A stretch of DNA of 64,000 bases. Origin: Octopus vulgaris (taxonomy: Eukaryota). The position numbers and the translations under genes are program-made. This document shows, piece by piece, positions 27,779 through 40,320 of this stretch. The DNA lies in contig OX597815.1 of assembly GCA_951406725.2 (NCBI GenBank), positions 131,626,001 to 131,690,000 on the forward strand. The letters are read 5' to 3'. The notes under the pieces were generated by a model. The model was not told the origin of the DNA and searched no databases. It was given only the letters and a program-made list of their open reading frames with translations. Each line of letters begins with the position of its first letter. The first letter of the stretch is position 1.

Positions 27779-27890
27779 ATGGATAAATGAATAAATGGAG
27801 TTAAACGCAGGTGTTATTCAAATCATTTATACTTCCAGTATATGAACTGAATAACACCTGCATTTGACTCCATTTCTTAATTTATCCATA
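27779..27890. repeat. ~110-bp imperfect hairpin
   Basis: tggataaat..aaatggagttaaacgcaggtgttattca versus tgaataacacctgcatttgactccattt..atttatcca. Confidence 0.75.
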
Positions 27891-27899
27891 TATATAATA

Positions 27900-28600
27900 T
27901 ATAAGAAAACAAAAATGGAACAAGAACGTTACAGATGACAACAAAACATTCGGTGAGTTAGACAATACAAAAAAGGACAGGAAAAAACAAGGACGGGTCA
28001 TTTGGAGCTTTCCATCTTCAGTCGAGAAGCAGATCATCTCTGCAGTTTCAGCCGGTTAATCTGGAGACTACTCTAATCTGGCCGGTTTCAAGAAAATCTA
28101 AGCGAATATATGCGAAAACAAGGATGAAGAAAAAACAGATAAATGGTACACAGTTACAAATACAAACAACAGGATATTAACAACAGGTGTCTTTCGACTA
28201 GGGACGAACTAAATTAAGCTGGCGAGTGTGGAAGTGAAGCATTACGACAGGAACATAGAAAATAAAAGTCATGGGAAGGAATATAAGAGAAGCTACACGG
28301 TTGGTAGTTTAACCAAGAAAGAAAGGTTAGGCTTGGTCGACCACAGGTCACGTGGAAGGAGAGGAGAGAGATAGGGAGTAGAGGGATTGAAGAATTAGGG
28401 GGACGGGCGTAAAAGAGAGAAAAAACGAAAGGGACAGAGTGAGGTAAGGGAGGAGATAAAGTAACGATAATGAAGGGAAAGCCAAGAAACGTGAGAGAGG
28501 ATGAGAGCGAGAAAAACAAAGTGAAAGGAACGAAGAAAATGTAAAGGGGGATAAAGAAAAGAGTAAAAGAGTCGAACAGAATTTATATATATATGAGGGA
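27900..28600 (-). mobile_element. ~700-bp dispersed repeat (probable non-autonomous PLE-type)
   Basis: Reverse-complement homologue at 33600-34285 and terminal fragment at 33405-33520. Confidence 0.7.
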
Positions 28601-28670
28601 TGATAAATTATACAGAAATGCATGCGTTTTGAATATGTAAGCTATCCTATGATATAATGCCATTACACTG

Positions 28671-28725
<55 letters not shown>

Positions 28726-28940
28726 GATATGTATATGATCTCCCTGAAGTGATGACAAATAAAGGCTACACTGGTAAAAGTTAGATGGAGTACAGTAGAA
28801 CTGAATAGTCTAGTGATATAGAATCATCATTTATGACGTGAACCAAACGAGGGATGATAAATTATTTAGAAATGCATGCGTTTTGTATATGTAAGCTATC
28901 TGAGGATATAAAGCCGTTACGTAAAGCACTGTTTTACAAA
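28597..28940 (+). repeat. Local direct duplication (~85 bp)
   Basis: agggatgataaattat..gaaatgcatgcgttttg..tatgtaagctatc at ~28597 and ~28850. Confidence 0.75.
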
Positions 28941-31022
28941 AATAGATTTTCCTATAGTGAAAGAGAAAATGTCTGGTCTTGTAACCCGAGCTGTAACGGA
29001 AATATGTAACTCCCGGCCAAAGAAGCGGGCGTCGCATTTCCAGTCTGAGTTGAATCTGTACGATACTTATTTCCTAAATCATGAAATTTGTTAAAAAGGG
29101 ATTGAAAGGTCCTTTTTAAAAAGTACTAAATAACCATTTCAAGTGTTTAGAAGACAAAAATAGTGTGACTTACTGAATGAGGTCAGGAATGCTTTAACAA
29201 AAGGCATGGTCGTCACATATCAAATGTTACTGGCCAAATGTTTGTTTGAAATATATCGCTAATTCCTTATCGATTATTTCAAGGAAATTTCAAGCTCGAT
29301 ACAGTCATTGTAGATTTCTAGTTTGCCAAGATGAACAGATTTCAAATCGTGTTTGGAGCCACTTAGTCTTCGAAATGCCATAAATGTTATATAATTATAT
29401 TTTCTTTCTACAAATCTGCAAAAATCTTGTGCTTGTGTTAAAAGACGAAAACAATCAATAATTCGGTAGTATAACATAATTGGTAACAAAATGCTGAAGT
29501 TGGCAGCTGTCTCCAAAGTGTCTGGTATAGTTTATGGTCATGACTTGTAAGACAGACATAGACACTGCACTCAAGAAATGTTTACGAAAATTAACGGTCG
29601 AAAGAATATATAAGGAAATATATCTAGCAAAAATATATAAACAAATTTAGAACTACTCATTCTTATTTCTCGTATAATTTAAGAAAGGATTATTGCATAA
29701 TACGTTCTTTTCACTTAAGTACATTGTTATATTAGCTCAAAAAGAAATAATAAATAAATAAATAATCGAAATAGGGGAAGTAATAAAAATGTCATGTAAG
29801 ATAACTTCCTCTTTTGTTTGAAAGCCAAGTTTTCTGCTGTTTTGTTCTCGTGTAATATTGTCTTGGTTGTTTGCTTTCCATTGACTAGTTATTCCAGTTA
29901 AAATGGTTGTAAAATAAAAACAATGAAATCCCAATAGACTATAAACGAAAGATCAGCTTACTTTAGATAAAGTAGTATGGAATCTGTTTACGGTATTGCT
30001 TTTCAATTGTTTTTACCGCTGCTGAGTTATCATATACTCCAACAGGTCTACCTACGCAAGTACTACATTCTTTTAATACATTCGAAATGGAAACCCAAAT
30101 AACATTAAAATCTTTTTATTTCTTCTTTTCTGTATTATACTCTCTTATTTGTATTTGTTCGTTTTTGCAAGTTTCGTTTGTGTATTTAGTTTGTATAGCT
30201 CTGTGTGACATCGCCACAGCTGGTTATAATTAAAACATATCTTAACACGGGTCTCTCCTTTTAAAACAACAATGTTTGTTTCCGGTTTAAGACTGTAATT
30301 TATAAAACCACTCAAAAAGATTTTGCTTACGTTTTGAGTCGTGACGTACACTATTTGTTGTACGAATGGCAGATTGTTTCCTAAACTTTAATGGTAGATA
30401 CACAGGTGAAAACATTGACAATGCGTGTATAAGCGATGTGTTGAGTGAGGATGGTATTTATGTGTGCGTTAGTATATTTGTGTACATGCTTCTGGCATGT
30501 GTGTACGCTTGTGCTATGCGTGTCCGCTTCTGGCATGTCCGTATGTTTCAGGTATATGTGTGTGTGAGACTATGCTTCTGTGTATGTAAGTGTATGAGTG
30601 TGTACGCGTTTACAGATGATAAATGAAGGTAAAGGAAATCTAGTGCATTAAGCATATATCTGACAATAGATGGTATATTAGAACAGAGCATTAGGGTCAA
30701 CTCATTTTCTGCAGTGTAAGATGCTAAGAAACACCAATAAGATCTCATATAAGAGAAATAATGAGGCTATCAGGTTAGTTTACTAGATTCCCAAAGGCTA
30801 ACTATTAATGAATAAAAACATGGGTCACAGTGACTTGAAAACTACAAAAAGAAAGAAACAAATACATTCCTGCTAAACCCAAATGAACAAAGTGTATATA
30901 ATACAAAGTGGTCGTATGATTCCCTACAGAGATCTATACTCTCTATTGCTCCTACCTATTTGTCTATCTGCCTCTCTGTCTTCCTACATCTCTGCTTCTC
31001 TCAGAGTATACAATGTACGTAT

Positions 31023-31078
<56 letters not shown>

Positions 31079-31194
31079 TGAAGAGCGTAGGCTCGAAACG
31101 TAAAAGACTTTTTCTATTCCTGAGCGTTATACTAATACATCTGTTTGTTTTGTACACCACCTGTCTTCGTCTTTTGTTTTTTTTCGGAAACTCT

Positions 31195-31250
<56 letters not shown>

Positions 31251-31799
31251 GTATACAAAGAATTTATGTATTCATACATAAAGAGGTGACCATTTACAGG
31301 ACACCTTACATGCAAGAAAGGGCAGTGAAAGTCTAAACCACGAATAACATCAATTTTATATATATACATGTATGTATGTACGTGCGTGAGTATGTGTGTG
31401 TCTTTGCGTGTACATATGTATGCATATACATACGTATACATACACGAATACATACTACACACACACCTACACCCACACATATTTGACGCTATATATGCTA
31501 TTACAAACGGAGGGGGCGCCAATTAATGCAAAGTACTCGATAAAGGCATATAAATGTATTAATTAAGTGAGCCTTATATGATAAGTAGGGTTGCATTTCT
31601 CGAAAATTTATAACCATGGTTCTGCAATGAATTCTCCAGTCATATAGTGGTATAATTCCTACAAGAGTGATTTATCATTAAACAAATTAACGCACATTCA
31701 TATATAAATAAACATTTATATATTATACATTAATACATACATAACATATAAGGCATATATATTTGCACGTATGTATGTACATTTATATAGTTAATCCAA

Positions 31800-32040
31800 A
31801 CATGAACAAAGAGAAAACACAACAACGCGTGGACCTGGTAAAAGTTCAGTGTTATTGGACATTCAGGAAAGGAAAGATAGAAGAAGGATTTAAGGTTCCG
31901 AGCGGAGCTCTTCGTCGGAAATATATAAAAAAAGAAAAAGTCCAAGGAAGGGAAGACGGAGAAAGAAAATCACCAACAATACACACGCGGTCACATATTG
32001 AATTTACCGGAACGGAATGGGCGAAGAAAAAGTTCTTTTA
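31800..32040 (-). mobile_element. pLTR-like repeat with degenerate minimal HHR (31888-31922)
   Basis: ATTT CCGACGA AGAGC-TCC-GCTC GGAA CC TT AAAT; homologue of 10390-10595. Confidence 0.6.
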
Positions 32041-32481
32041 AAGACAGGAGAGTGTAAGAGAAGGAGGTATGTGTGTGCATGTGTGGGTATGTGCGTACGT
32101 GCAGGTCTGTGTTTGTGTAATGATAGCACGTGTGTGTGTGTGTGTGGTTGTGACTGTTTATCAATGTGTGTGGATTATGCTTAGTATCATTTAAGGTCAT
32201 AGGAAGAATTTATAGTAAGAATTTTGGTAGGAGTGGCTGCCTGTTGTGTGTCTACCTACACGTGTGCGTAGGAGGATGGTCAGTAAAAAATACTGGTAGT
32301 TTGAAGAATGTGTGTGTGCGTGCATGTATATGTAGTGTGTGTGTATGTTTTGTTTGCAGTGTGTGTATATGTATGTGTTCGTGTGTGTATGTTTGTGTGT
32401 GGAGTAATTGTACTTTATACATACATACATGCATACATACATACATACGTACATACATACATACATACATAAATACATAGT

Positions 32482-32566
<85 letters not shown>

Positions 32567-32611
32567 CAGGAAAGGGGATTTGAAAATGCAGAGGTCTTTT
32601 AAAGATATTTA

Positions 32612-32660
32612 TTGACTTGACCGGTTTCACATTTTTAAAAAAAAGATTTTCAAATGTAAA
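32612..32660 (-). ncRNA. Degenerate HHR, U3:A8 variant
   Basis: TTGAAAA TC...GT GAAA CCGG TC; same layout as 2520-2565. Confidence 0.45.
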
Positions 32661-33249
32661 ATGTAAGGCTTTGTGTAGCCTTTGTTGGGTTAAAAAATCG
32701 TTATCATATGTGTATTAAAATACAGTGATGCAGTCTTAAAATGTCAAGAGGAGTTTTTGTTTAAACGATTTACATAAAAGTGTTCAAAATATGTAGCAAA
32801 ATAAATTCATAATTATTTATAATTTCATCAAAAATCATGATTATATAGAAGCATATATAAAGAGAGGATTTATAGACAGTATTTGATAGGAGAAGCGTGC
32901 ATTGCTTATTATAAACTTCATCACGAATCGTATTTAGGTACTTATACAGAATTTTTGGGGAATGACCAGCCTTTTTTCCTTCATCTGAGTCTTGTGTGTA
33001 TGTATTTGATAAAATTGATTGCACATTTCATCAGAGTAACTCTTGGTCAATTCAAAGTTGATATTTAACATACTCTCGATCACAAAATATTTATTCGCCT
33101 AATTTGTGGCCCACAAACCTTGGATCCTGTTTTTAATAATTCAAATAATTCAGGTGAACGCTGCTGTAGAGCCATGTTTCATATCCTGTCAATCAATCGA
33201 AAGTAAAAACAACAACTACAACAAAAAAAACACGTGACTACATAAGATT

Positions 33250-33405
33250 CAGGAGTGGTTGTGTACTAAAAAACTTACTTCCCAACCACATGGTTCCGGA
33301 TTCAGTCCCGCTGCGTGGCACTATGGTTAAATTTCTTCTATTAAAGCCTCGGGCCGACCAACACTGTGAGTGGGTTTGGCAGACGGAAACTGAAAGAAGC
33401 TCGTC
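33250..33405 (+). mobile_element. tRNA-derived SINE head (probable 5' half of family C)
   Basis: GGAGTGG..GTG...AACCACATGGTTCCGG.TTCAGTCCC.CTGCGTGGCAC; copies at 47605-47770, 49898-50055 and truncated at 60465-60515. Confidence 0.8.
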
Positions 33406-33599
33406 AGGATAGGAAGCTCCGAATGACCCGTCATTGTTTTTGCCTCTCCTTTTTGTATTGTCTAACTGTTCGGATGTTTTGTTGTCGCCTGTGACGTTCT
33501 TCCATTTTTGTTTTCTTTTTTCATACATATAGCGGCGTACGTACACTTTTAGACACAAGTATGTAAGTACATACATATATATATATATATATAAAATCT

Positions 33600-34285
33600 G
33601 TGCGATTCTATTACTCTTCTTTTAACCCTCTCCACACTTTCTTCGTTCTTTCCGCTTTTCTGTTTCTCGCTCCTCCTCTCTCACATTTCTTGGCCTTCCC
33701 TTCATTCTCACTGCCCCCATGTTTTACCATACTCTGTCCATTTCCTTTTTTCTCTTCTTCTCATCCCTCACTAATTCTATAATCCATTTGCTCCGAACTC
33801 TCTCCTCTCCTTCCACGTGACCGGTGTTCGACTAAGCCTGACTTTACTTTCTTGGTTCGTGTAGCATCCCTTATATTCCTTTCCGTGACTTTCATCTGCA
33901 ATGTTCCTGCCGTAAGGCTTCACTTCCACACGAGCCAGTTTAATTGAATTCGTCCTTAGTCGATAGACACGTGTTGTTAATGTCCTGTTATTTGTATTTG
34001 TTATTGTGTATCATCTCTCCATTTTTTCGCCCTTGTTTTCATATACATTCGCTTGCTTTCTTCCAAGGAGTCTAGTCATCTTAGCTTAGGTTTTCTTCGG
34101 GCCGGCCAGATTGGAGCAGTCTTGAGTGAAACCGACCGGAACTGAAAAGACGATCTGGAACCCAACTGAGGATAGGAAACTCCGAATGACACATCGTTGT
34201 TTTTTCCTTTCCTTTTTTGTATCTTCTAACTGTCCGAATGTTTTGTAATCGCCTGTTACGTTTTTGTTCCACTTTTCGTTCTCTC
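33600..34285 (+). mobile_element. Second copy of the ~700-bp dispersed repeat
   Basis: Inverted homology to 27900-28600. Confidence 0.7.
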
Positions 34286-34302
34286 TCTCTCTCTCTCTCT
34301 CT

Positions 34303-34347
<45 letters not shown>

Positions 34348-34874
34348 AGGGAAGGAATGAATTCACAGGTAGTTCTAATTGATTTCATTTCCTAATAATA
34401 TAATATAATTTAATCTTACAATTTGTTCTGTTAACTTTTCTGGAGAACATTCTCACATTCAGGTTGTATGGTGCTCCATCCTCAATCAATTATCTTGTTT
34501 TCACCATTCACTGTTTTCCTTCAGCTCTGATTCATCGACACCCTTTCATTCTCACACTTTTAATTAACAAACCCCAACCCCAACCAAGACATACCCAAAT
34601 CTCTTGTATATAGAATCACACAGCAGCACAGAACCTGAAGATCAGTTTGACAACCGCCACCGACGAATGCGAGAAAGTTCTCAAGAAAAGTTAACAGGGA
34701 ATCATGAAAATATCTCCCCACCGAAGTTAACAAAGAACTTACTAGATCTCCAAATGAAACTGTAAAATTAAATTTCATTATATTATTAGGAAAGGAAATT
34801 AATTAGAACAGTGAAGTCATTCTTTTCCTTATTCAAACATACCTAAATATACCAAGGATTTCACACATTTACCA

Positions 34875-34932
<58 letters not shown>

Positions 34933-35601
34933 TCATATGTGTATGTGCGTGCGTGTGTGTGTCTCTGTCTGTGTCTCTGTCTTTGTGTTTATCAACCGCT
35001 GTTTGTGCGTATACGTTCCTGTAACTTATCTCTACAGCAAAAATGACCGGTATAATCAATTAAAAGCATAAAAATATCATTACTAGTGTTGATTCGGTCG
35101 ACTAAAATTATTCAAGGCAGAACGTTGCTGCTGCCTGGTAACTGAAACAAACAAAAGAGAGAATAAAAGATTAAAGAAACACAAAAGCATTGAAAACGAA
35201 CGTTTCAGTTGATCCGAGCAAACATCCACTGCACACTTCTTCTTAAGTAAAAAGATGTCAACAGCTGTGGTACCCTCTTTGCGGACACTTTTCATACATA
35301 ATGTTTTCCAGTATCTGTAATGCATTGCTATCACAGTCGAACAGCGTAGGAAGCATATAAATCGTGATACGTGGTCCATGGTAATCACTTCGTTTATTCT
35401 TTGGCGATTTATGTCAATTGTTGCTGGTTTCCCATTGCATGGTTTATCGTTTAATGTTGTTTTTTTCTTCTTTTAAACTTCACCCATCTGTCACCATTCC
35501 TCTTTTCAATTCCCCTTTCATTCCCCTTTCTTCATCATCCAATAACGGATGAAGGACATGGAGGAAAAGGGATTTCTATCTATATGTCTATCTGTCTGTC
35601 C

Positions 35602-35667
<66 letters not shown>

Positions 35668-37896
35668 TTATTTATCTATCTATCTATCTGTCCATCTTTC
35701 TCTGTAGATACATTCATACACGAGTGTGTGTGTGTGTACGCGTGGGTGTGTACGCGTGGGTGTATATTTGTGCATATAACAATATATACCTATATATATA
35801 CACATATATATATATATTCTATAAGTGTATGTGTGTATATTATTCTCGTTTAATATTTCTCAGTAACATCAAAATTTCCCAGTTTTTGTAGAGTTAAATT
35901 CAAATTATTTCCCTGAAGACAAACCCAGATAAGAACAATGAACTTACCAGAAACAGAATATATTTACTTTTCAGATACTGACTACGTTGAAAGTATTTAA
36001 TATGTATGATACTCATCATTTCTTCTTTTATTATGAAAGTAAGTTGTGAGGTATGAGGAGTAAAATAGGCTTCAAATTAAATTTTTAAATAATTCAGCAT
36101 ACCAGCTGCGGCCATTACTGATATAATCACGTGAAGACCTCAGTATGTATTCTAAGTAATATTTTGACACAGGTAACAACAAATACTTATTAAGTTGTAC
36201 TTGATTTCCAGCTACGATTGATAAAAATTGACTAATTAGCAGGAGAGATATCAAAGAGTGCGCATGTATTTTACCTTGAATTTTCTTTTATTTAGAAAAA
36301 ATCCATTTTGAAATACATTATATAGGGTCTTCAGAAAAGTGCACGTATCCTGAATATACAAGTGGTTTCTGCTAATGGTTTAGGGGAGAAGTATTCAAAG
36401 TAGGAGATAATGCCCCCAAGGGTGCCCTGGGCAGTCGAAGGCATTAAGGGGCGGCAAGGGAACATAATTAACATATTACATTTTACTTAGAGTAGTAATT
36501 ATATTATACATGATAAAATTATTGATGGTTATCAAAATAAAATGAGAGCTCATCAGGCACTGAGAAGTCATTAATTTTCAATGGACAATGTAAATTTACA
36601 ACTTTTGTCTGATAATTTTTTAATAATTTCACTGTTAAAAGCTTATACAATCCATCTTTAGAGGGGAACTTATAAATTATTATCCATGTTAATTTAGTCA
36701 TGATAACTCACTCCCCACCTAGGCAGGCACTAGGTTTAACAAGTATTCCAAAATGGGGCGCTACAAAACATTTAAGAATCACTGGTTTAGAAGATGGAAA
36801 AATAATGTAAACAGTTTAATTGAAATTTGGAAGCAATGGTGTTTTATAATATTTATATCTGCTTGTATTACTGAAATGCTTTTCCTTACAAACATTTCGA
36901 TGATCACAAAAGTAGATGATAGCAGCCAGATGAATATTATGTTATAGGAAAACTACAATTGGATCGTGAAACGTCGTCTTAATATAATAGACGTTGCCTA
37001 AATGTCATTGATCGAAGGAAATAATAATACTAGTGGCTTGCTATTTGATTTGATATGAGGACATTTAAATAAATTCTCTTTAAGAGTGGTAAATAATACA
37101 ACAAACAATGAAATACCAATATAAGGACATTCTGAACTCGTTGCAAATGATAAGAATTCATAAAACCTAGGCCAATGCACTCTTTTCTGGAATTATATTT
37201 AAAATTTTGCCCGAGTCTTTTTCAAATTCATCAAGCCTTATCCTTAACCAATAAACATATAATTCATTTGGGTACTCCCTTCTTATAAACAATATAAAAA
37301 CTGCATTCGGTAATATTTGTGATAAATAAAACAGTGAGCTTTGCAGAACCGTTACTGTTCCGAACAAAACGCTTAGCGGTATTTCTAATGACTATACGAC
37401 CTGAATTCTAATGCCGGCACGATCGACTTTGTCTTTCATCAATTTGCTAAGGTTGTGCGAAAATTTGAAATCATTATGTTTCCTTCAAACAGCACTCTTA
37501 ACACAATTTTTCTCTTCAAAAATGTTTTTTTTTAAATATGTTCATGCAAAGCTACACCAGGTATTTTTTAACTGAATTTTAGGTACGTTCATCTCATAGA
37601 TTTTCATCTTCCATTTGTTGTAAGCACTTTTATTTTATGTTTGAGTGACCGAACATTTAACACATTACTTATTACGTTTCTGTGAGTGAACGCATTGAAC
37701 ATGGTAATAAGCTAACTAACACCTAAATGCTTCACTTACGAAGGTTGAGTATCCTCATAAATCATCCAACAATTTTCAGGTAAATAATTCTTGCGTCGCA
37801 GCACGAACCATAACTCGTCATATACACAGACACTCAGTTACTCCTTCCCAGACTCATTTACATGTTCATACTTATACATACATGTATATATATATA

Positions 37897-38055
37897 TAAA
37901 ATTAGAAAAAAAAACACCTTTTATCAATTCGAAATGAACAATTACATTACACCATCTAGAATATTACATATAATAGAAATATTAATATTAAAATAACAAT
38001 AAAATGTTAAAGATTAAGTAAATTGCAAAAAAAAGATAATAATAATAACGTATAT
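37897..38055 (-). mobile_element. Terminal fragment of the 60.5-63.4 kb element family
   Basis: Approximate reverse complement of 63290-63445 (ccatctagaa..ttacatataatagaaatatt). Confidence 0.7.
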
Positions 38056-38101
38056 ATATTGTATATATATGTGTGTGTGTATGTATGTGTGTGTGTGTGT
38101 A

Positions 38102-38151
<50 letters not shown>

Positions 38152-38299
38152 TGTGTGTGTTTGTATGTGTATGTGTATATGTGCATGATTGTGTGCATAT
38201 ATATTGCACAAAATAATAAAAACAGACGGATTATATAAGAATATCAGAAAGGCACAGAAATGGGTGAATATTAGTCTGGTTAAACTATCAGTTTAGTGG

Positions 38300-38670
38300 C
38301 TGTAAATGGAGCACATACTATTATATAAATATATGTTCCATAAAAGAAGTAAAGTCGATGGTCGCTTTATTTACAGTATTATCTTAGCTGGAGCAGACCC
38401 TGGTAATCGCTCTGTTAAGCAGGTGCTCGTGAAGACGGGCCAACTAGATCGAAACAGAGTCAGTCTTTTGATCCTGTTGTCTACTAGAGGATGGTTGTAA
38501 TTCGCTCCGGTAACCAACCGGTGGAAGATCTGCCTGGGGTTAAACTAGTAGTAACATGGAACAGCCACTTTGATGTGGCGATTGAATTTACTTGTTAGTA
38601 TAGTTACTACTCTGATCTATTCTTGAGATTTTACTATGGTCGCTTTGGTAGTACCTAATTAAACTAAATC
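38300..38670 (+). mobile_element. Divergent retrozyme-like unit
   Basis: Degenerate HHR at 38425-38465, CCTGGGGTTAAA at 38533-38544, GCCAC/GTGGC hairpin at 38564-38579, GTTACT block. Confidence 0.5.
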
Positions 38671-38699
38671 TTTATATATATATATATATATATATATTA

Positions 38700-39365
38700 T
38701 TAATAGATATCACCATACTAATATTGCAGTCTATAAATAAAACTAAAGCTGTCGCTGATTAGCTCCAAGAGGCCATCGCCTCTAGCTAGCTATATAACAC
38801 ACGAACCTGCGTCCATTACAACCTTCGAACAGGGAGGTCAGCCGCTTCACCTTGCTAGTCAGACATCTGCAGACATGTTTCAGGGTTGTTGCCCTTTATC
38901 AATGCAGCGTAGTCAGAACCAGCAGGTGTCGCTACTGACCGTCTGTTCGAAGATTTTATTTACCTAGTTACAGTGGAATACATCCACTTGTTTTCAATAA
39001 TAGAAATATTAAAATTACTAGGTCTCTCTAAAGGAGATTACGGCAGCGTTACTGGATATTAATAGTTATCGCCATACTAATATGGCAGTCTACGCTGCAT
39101 TGGTAAAGGGCAACAACCCTGAAACATGTCTGCAGATGTCTGACTAGCAAGGTGAAGCGGCTGACCTCCCCTGTTCGAAGGTTGTAATGGACGCAGGTTC
39201 GTGTGTCATATAGCTAGCTAGAAGCGATGGCCTCTTGGAGCTAATCAGCGACAGCTTTAGTCTTATTTATAGATTGCCATATTAGTATGGCGATAACTAT
39301 TAATATCCAGTAACGCTGCCGTAATCTCCTTTAAAGAGACTTAGTAATTTTAATATTTCTATTAC
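38700..39365. mobile_element. Retrozyme-like/pLTR units in nested inverted arrangement with two HHRs
   Basis: 38706-38910 is inverted relative to 39092-39295, and 38998-39092 is inverted relative to 39272-39365; HHRs at 38867-38907 (-) and 39095-39135 (+). Confidence 0.8.
38867..38907 (-). ncRNA. Minimal type I HHR, U3:A8 variant, GUC site
   Basis: CTGCA TTGATAA AGGG-CAACAA-CCCT GAAA CATG TC TGCAG; all three stems are perfect. Confidence 0.8.
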
Positions 39366-39369
39366 ATAT

Positions 39370-39379
39370 ATTATTGCTA

Positions 39380-39441
<62 letters not shown>

Positions 39442-39532
39442 GTCATCATTATTATTATTATTATCATTATTATTATTATTGTTGTTGTTGTTGTTATTAT
39501 TATTATTGTTGTTATTATTATTATTGTTGTTG

Positions 39533-39575
<43 letters not shown>

Positions 39576-39596
39576 CATTATTATTATTATTATTAA

Positions 39597-39632
<36 letters not shown>
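39370..39632. repeat. (ATT)n/(GTT)n trinucleotide microsatellite
   Basis: Direct inspection; source of the poly-N, poly-I and poly-L ORFs. Confidence 0.95.
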
Positions 39633-39633
<1 letters not shown>

Positions 39634-40320
39634 TCTAAATCTCTCAAAGGGAAACATTCAGTAACAGCTCTTTAAGGTAAAGGCTATTTGCTAACATAAT
39701 GTGGCTGTCCTGGAAGAGAAAATATTATTGTTGTTTAGCCCCAGGAATCATTGTCTCTAGCTGGCTACACGACACAATATCTGTGTCCTTATATTTTCGA
39801 ACAGAGAGTTCATCACCGTCATCTAGCACAAAACAATGTCTGTGAACCGGTTTCTGGGTTATTGCGCCTTATTAACACAGAGTAGTTGCTTGGCTAGATG
39901 GCTAAACAACAGTAGCATTGTCCCTTCCAGGACAGCCACATTATGTTGGCAAATAGCCTTTACTTTAAAGAGCTGTTACTCAATATCTCTCTTTGAGAAG
40001 CTTAGAAATAATATTTCTATTTTTAGATCCGTGACTGTGTGTCGCTTTGAAAACTATATATTCAAACAGTGTATTCAGCAACGCCATCTAGCCAAGCAGC
40101 TACTCTGTGTTGATAAAGGAAATAACCCAGAAATCGGTCCATAGATATTATAGATATTGTTTTGTGCTAGATGGGAGTGCGGAATTCCCTGTTCGAAAAT
40201 ATAAGGACACAGATATTGTATCGTATAGCCAGCTATAAACGATGTCTCCCGAGGTAAACAACATTAACATCGTCCGTTTCTGGACAATCACATTATGTTG
40301 GAAAATAGCCTTTACTTTAT
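39630..40320. mobile_element. Retrozyme-like units: inverted copy plus a ~355-nt unit with terminal redundancy
   Basis: 39630-39910 is a minus copy with HHR at 39840-39880. 39915-40320 is a plus copy with HHR at 40105-40144 (CTGTG TTGATAA AGG..CC CA GAAA TCGG TC CATAG); ggaca..cacattatgttgg recurs at ~39930 and ~40282. Confidence 0.75.

Noticed and set aside
34163-34200. CTGAGGA...GAATGAC as an HHR (also ~28000 and ~33405)
   Set aside because: None of the three copies has GAAA (they read GAAT or AAAT), and there is no credible stem III
39300-39664. Poly-Asn, poly-Ile and poly-Leu ORFs
   Set aside because: Frames of one (ATT)n tract
39700-39755. SECIS-like ATGA-N11-AAA on the minus strand
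   Set aside because: The 3' NGAN quartet is missing and homologous units lack the ATGA
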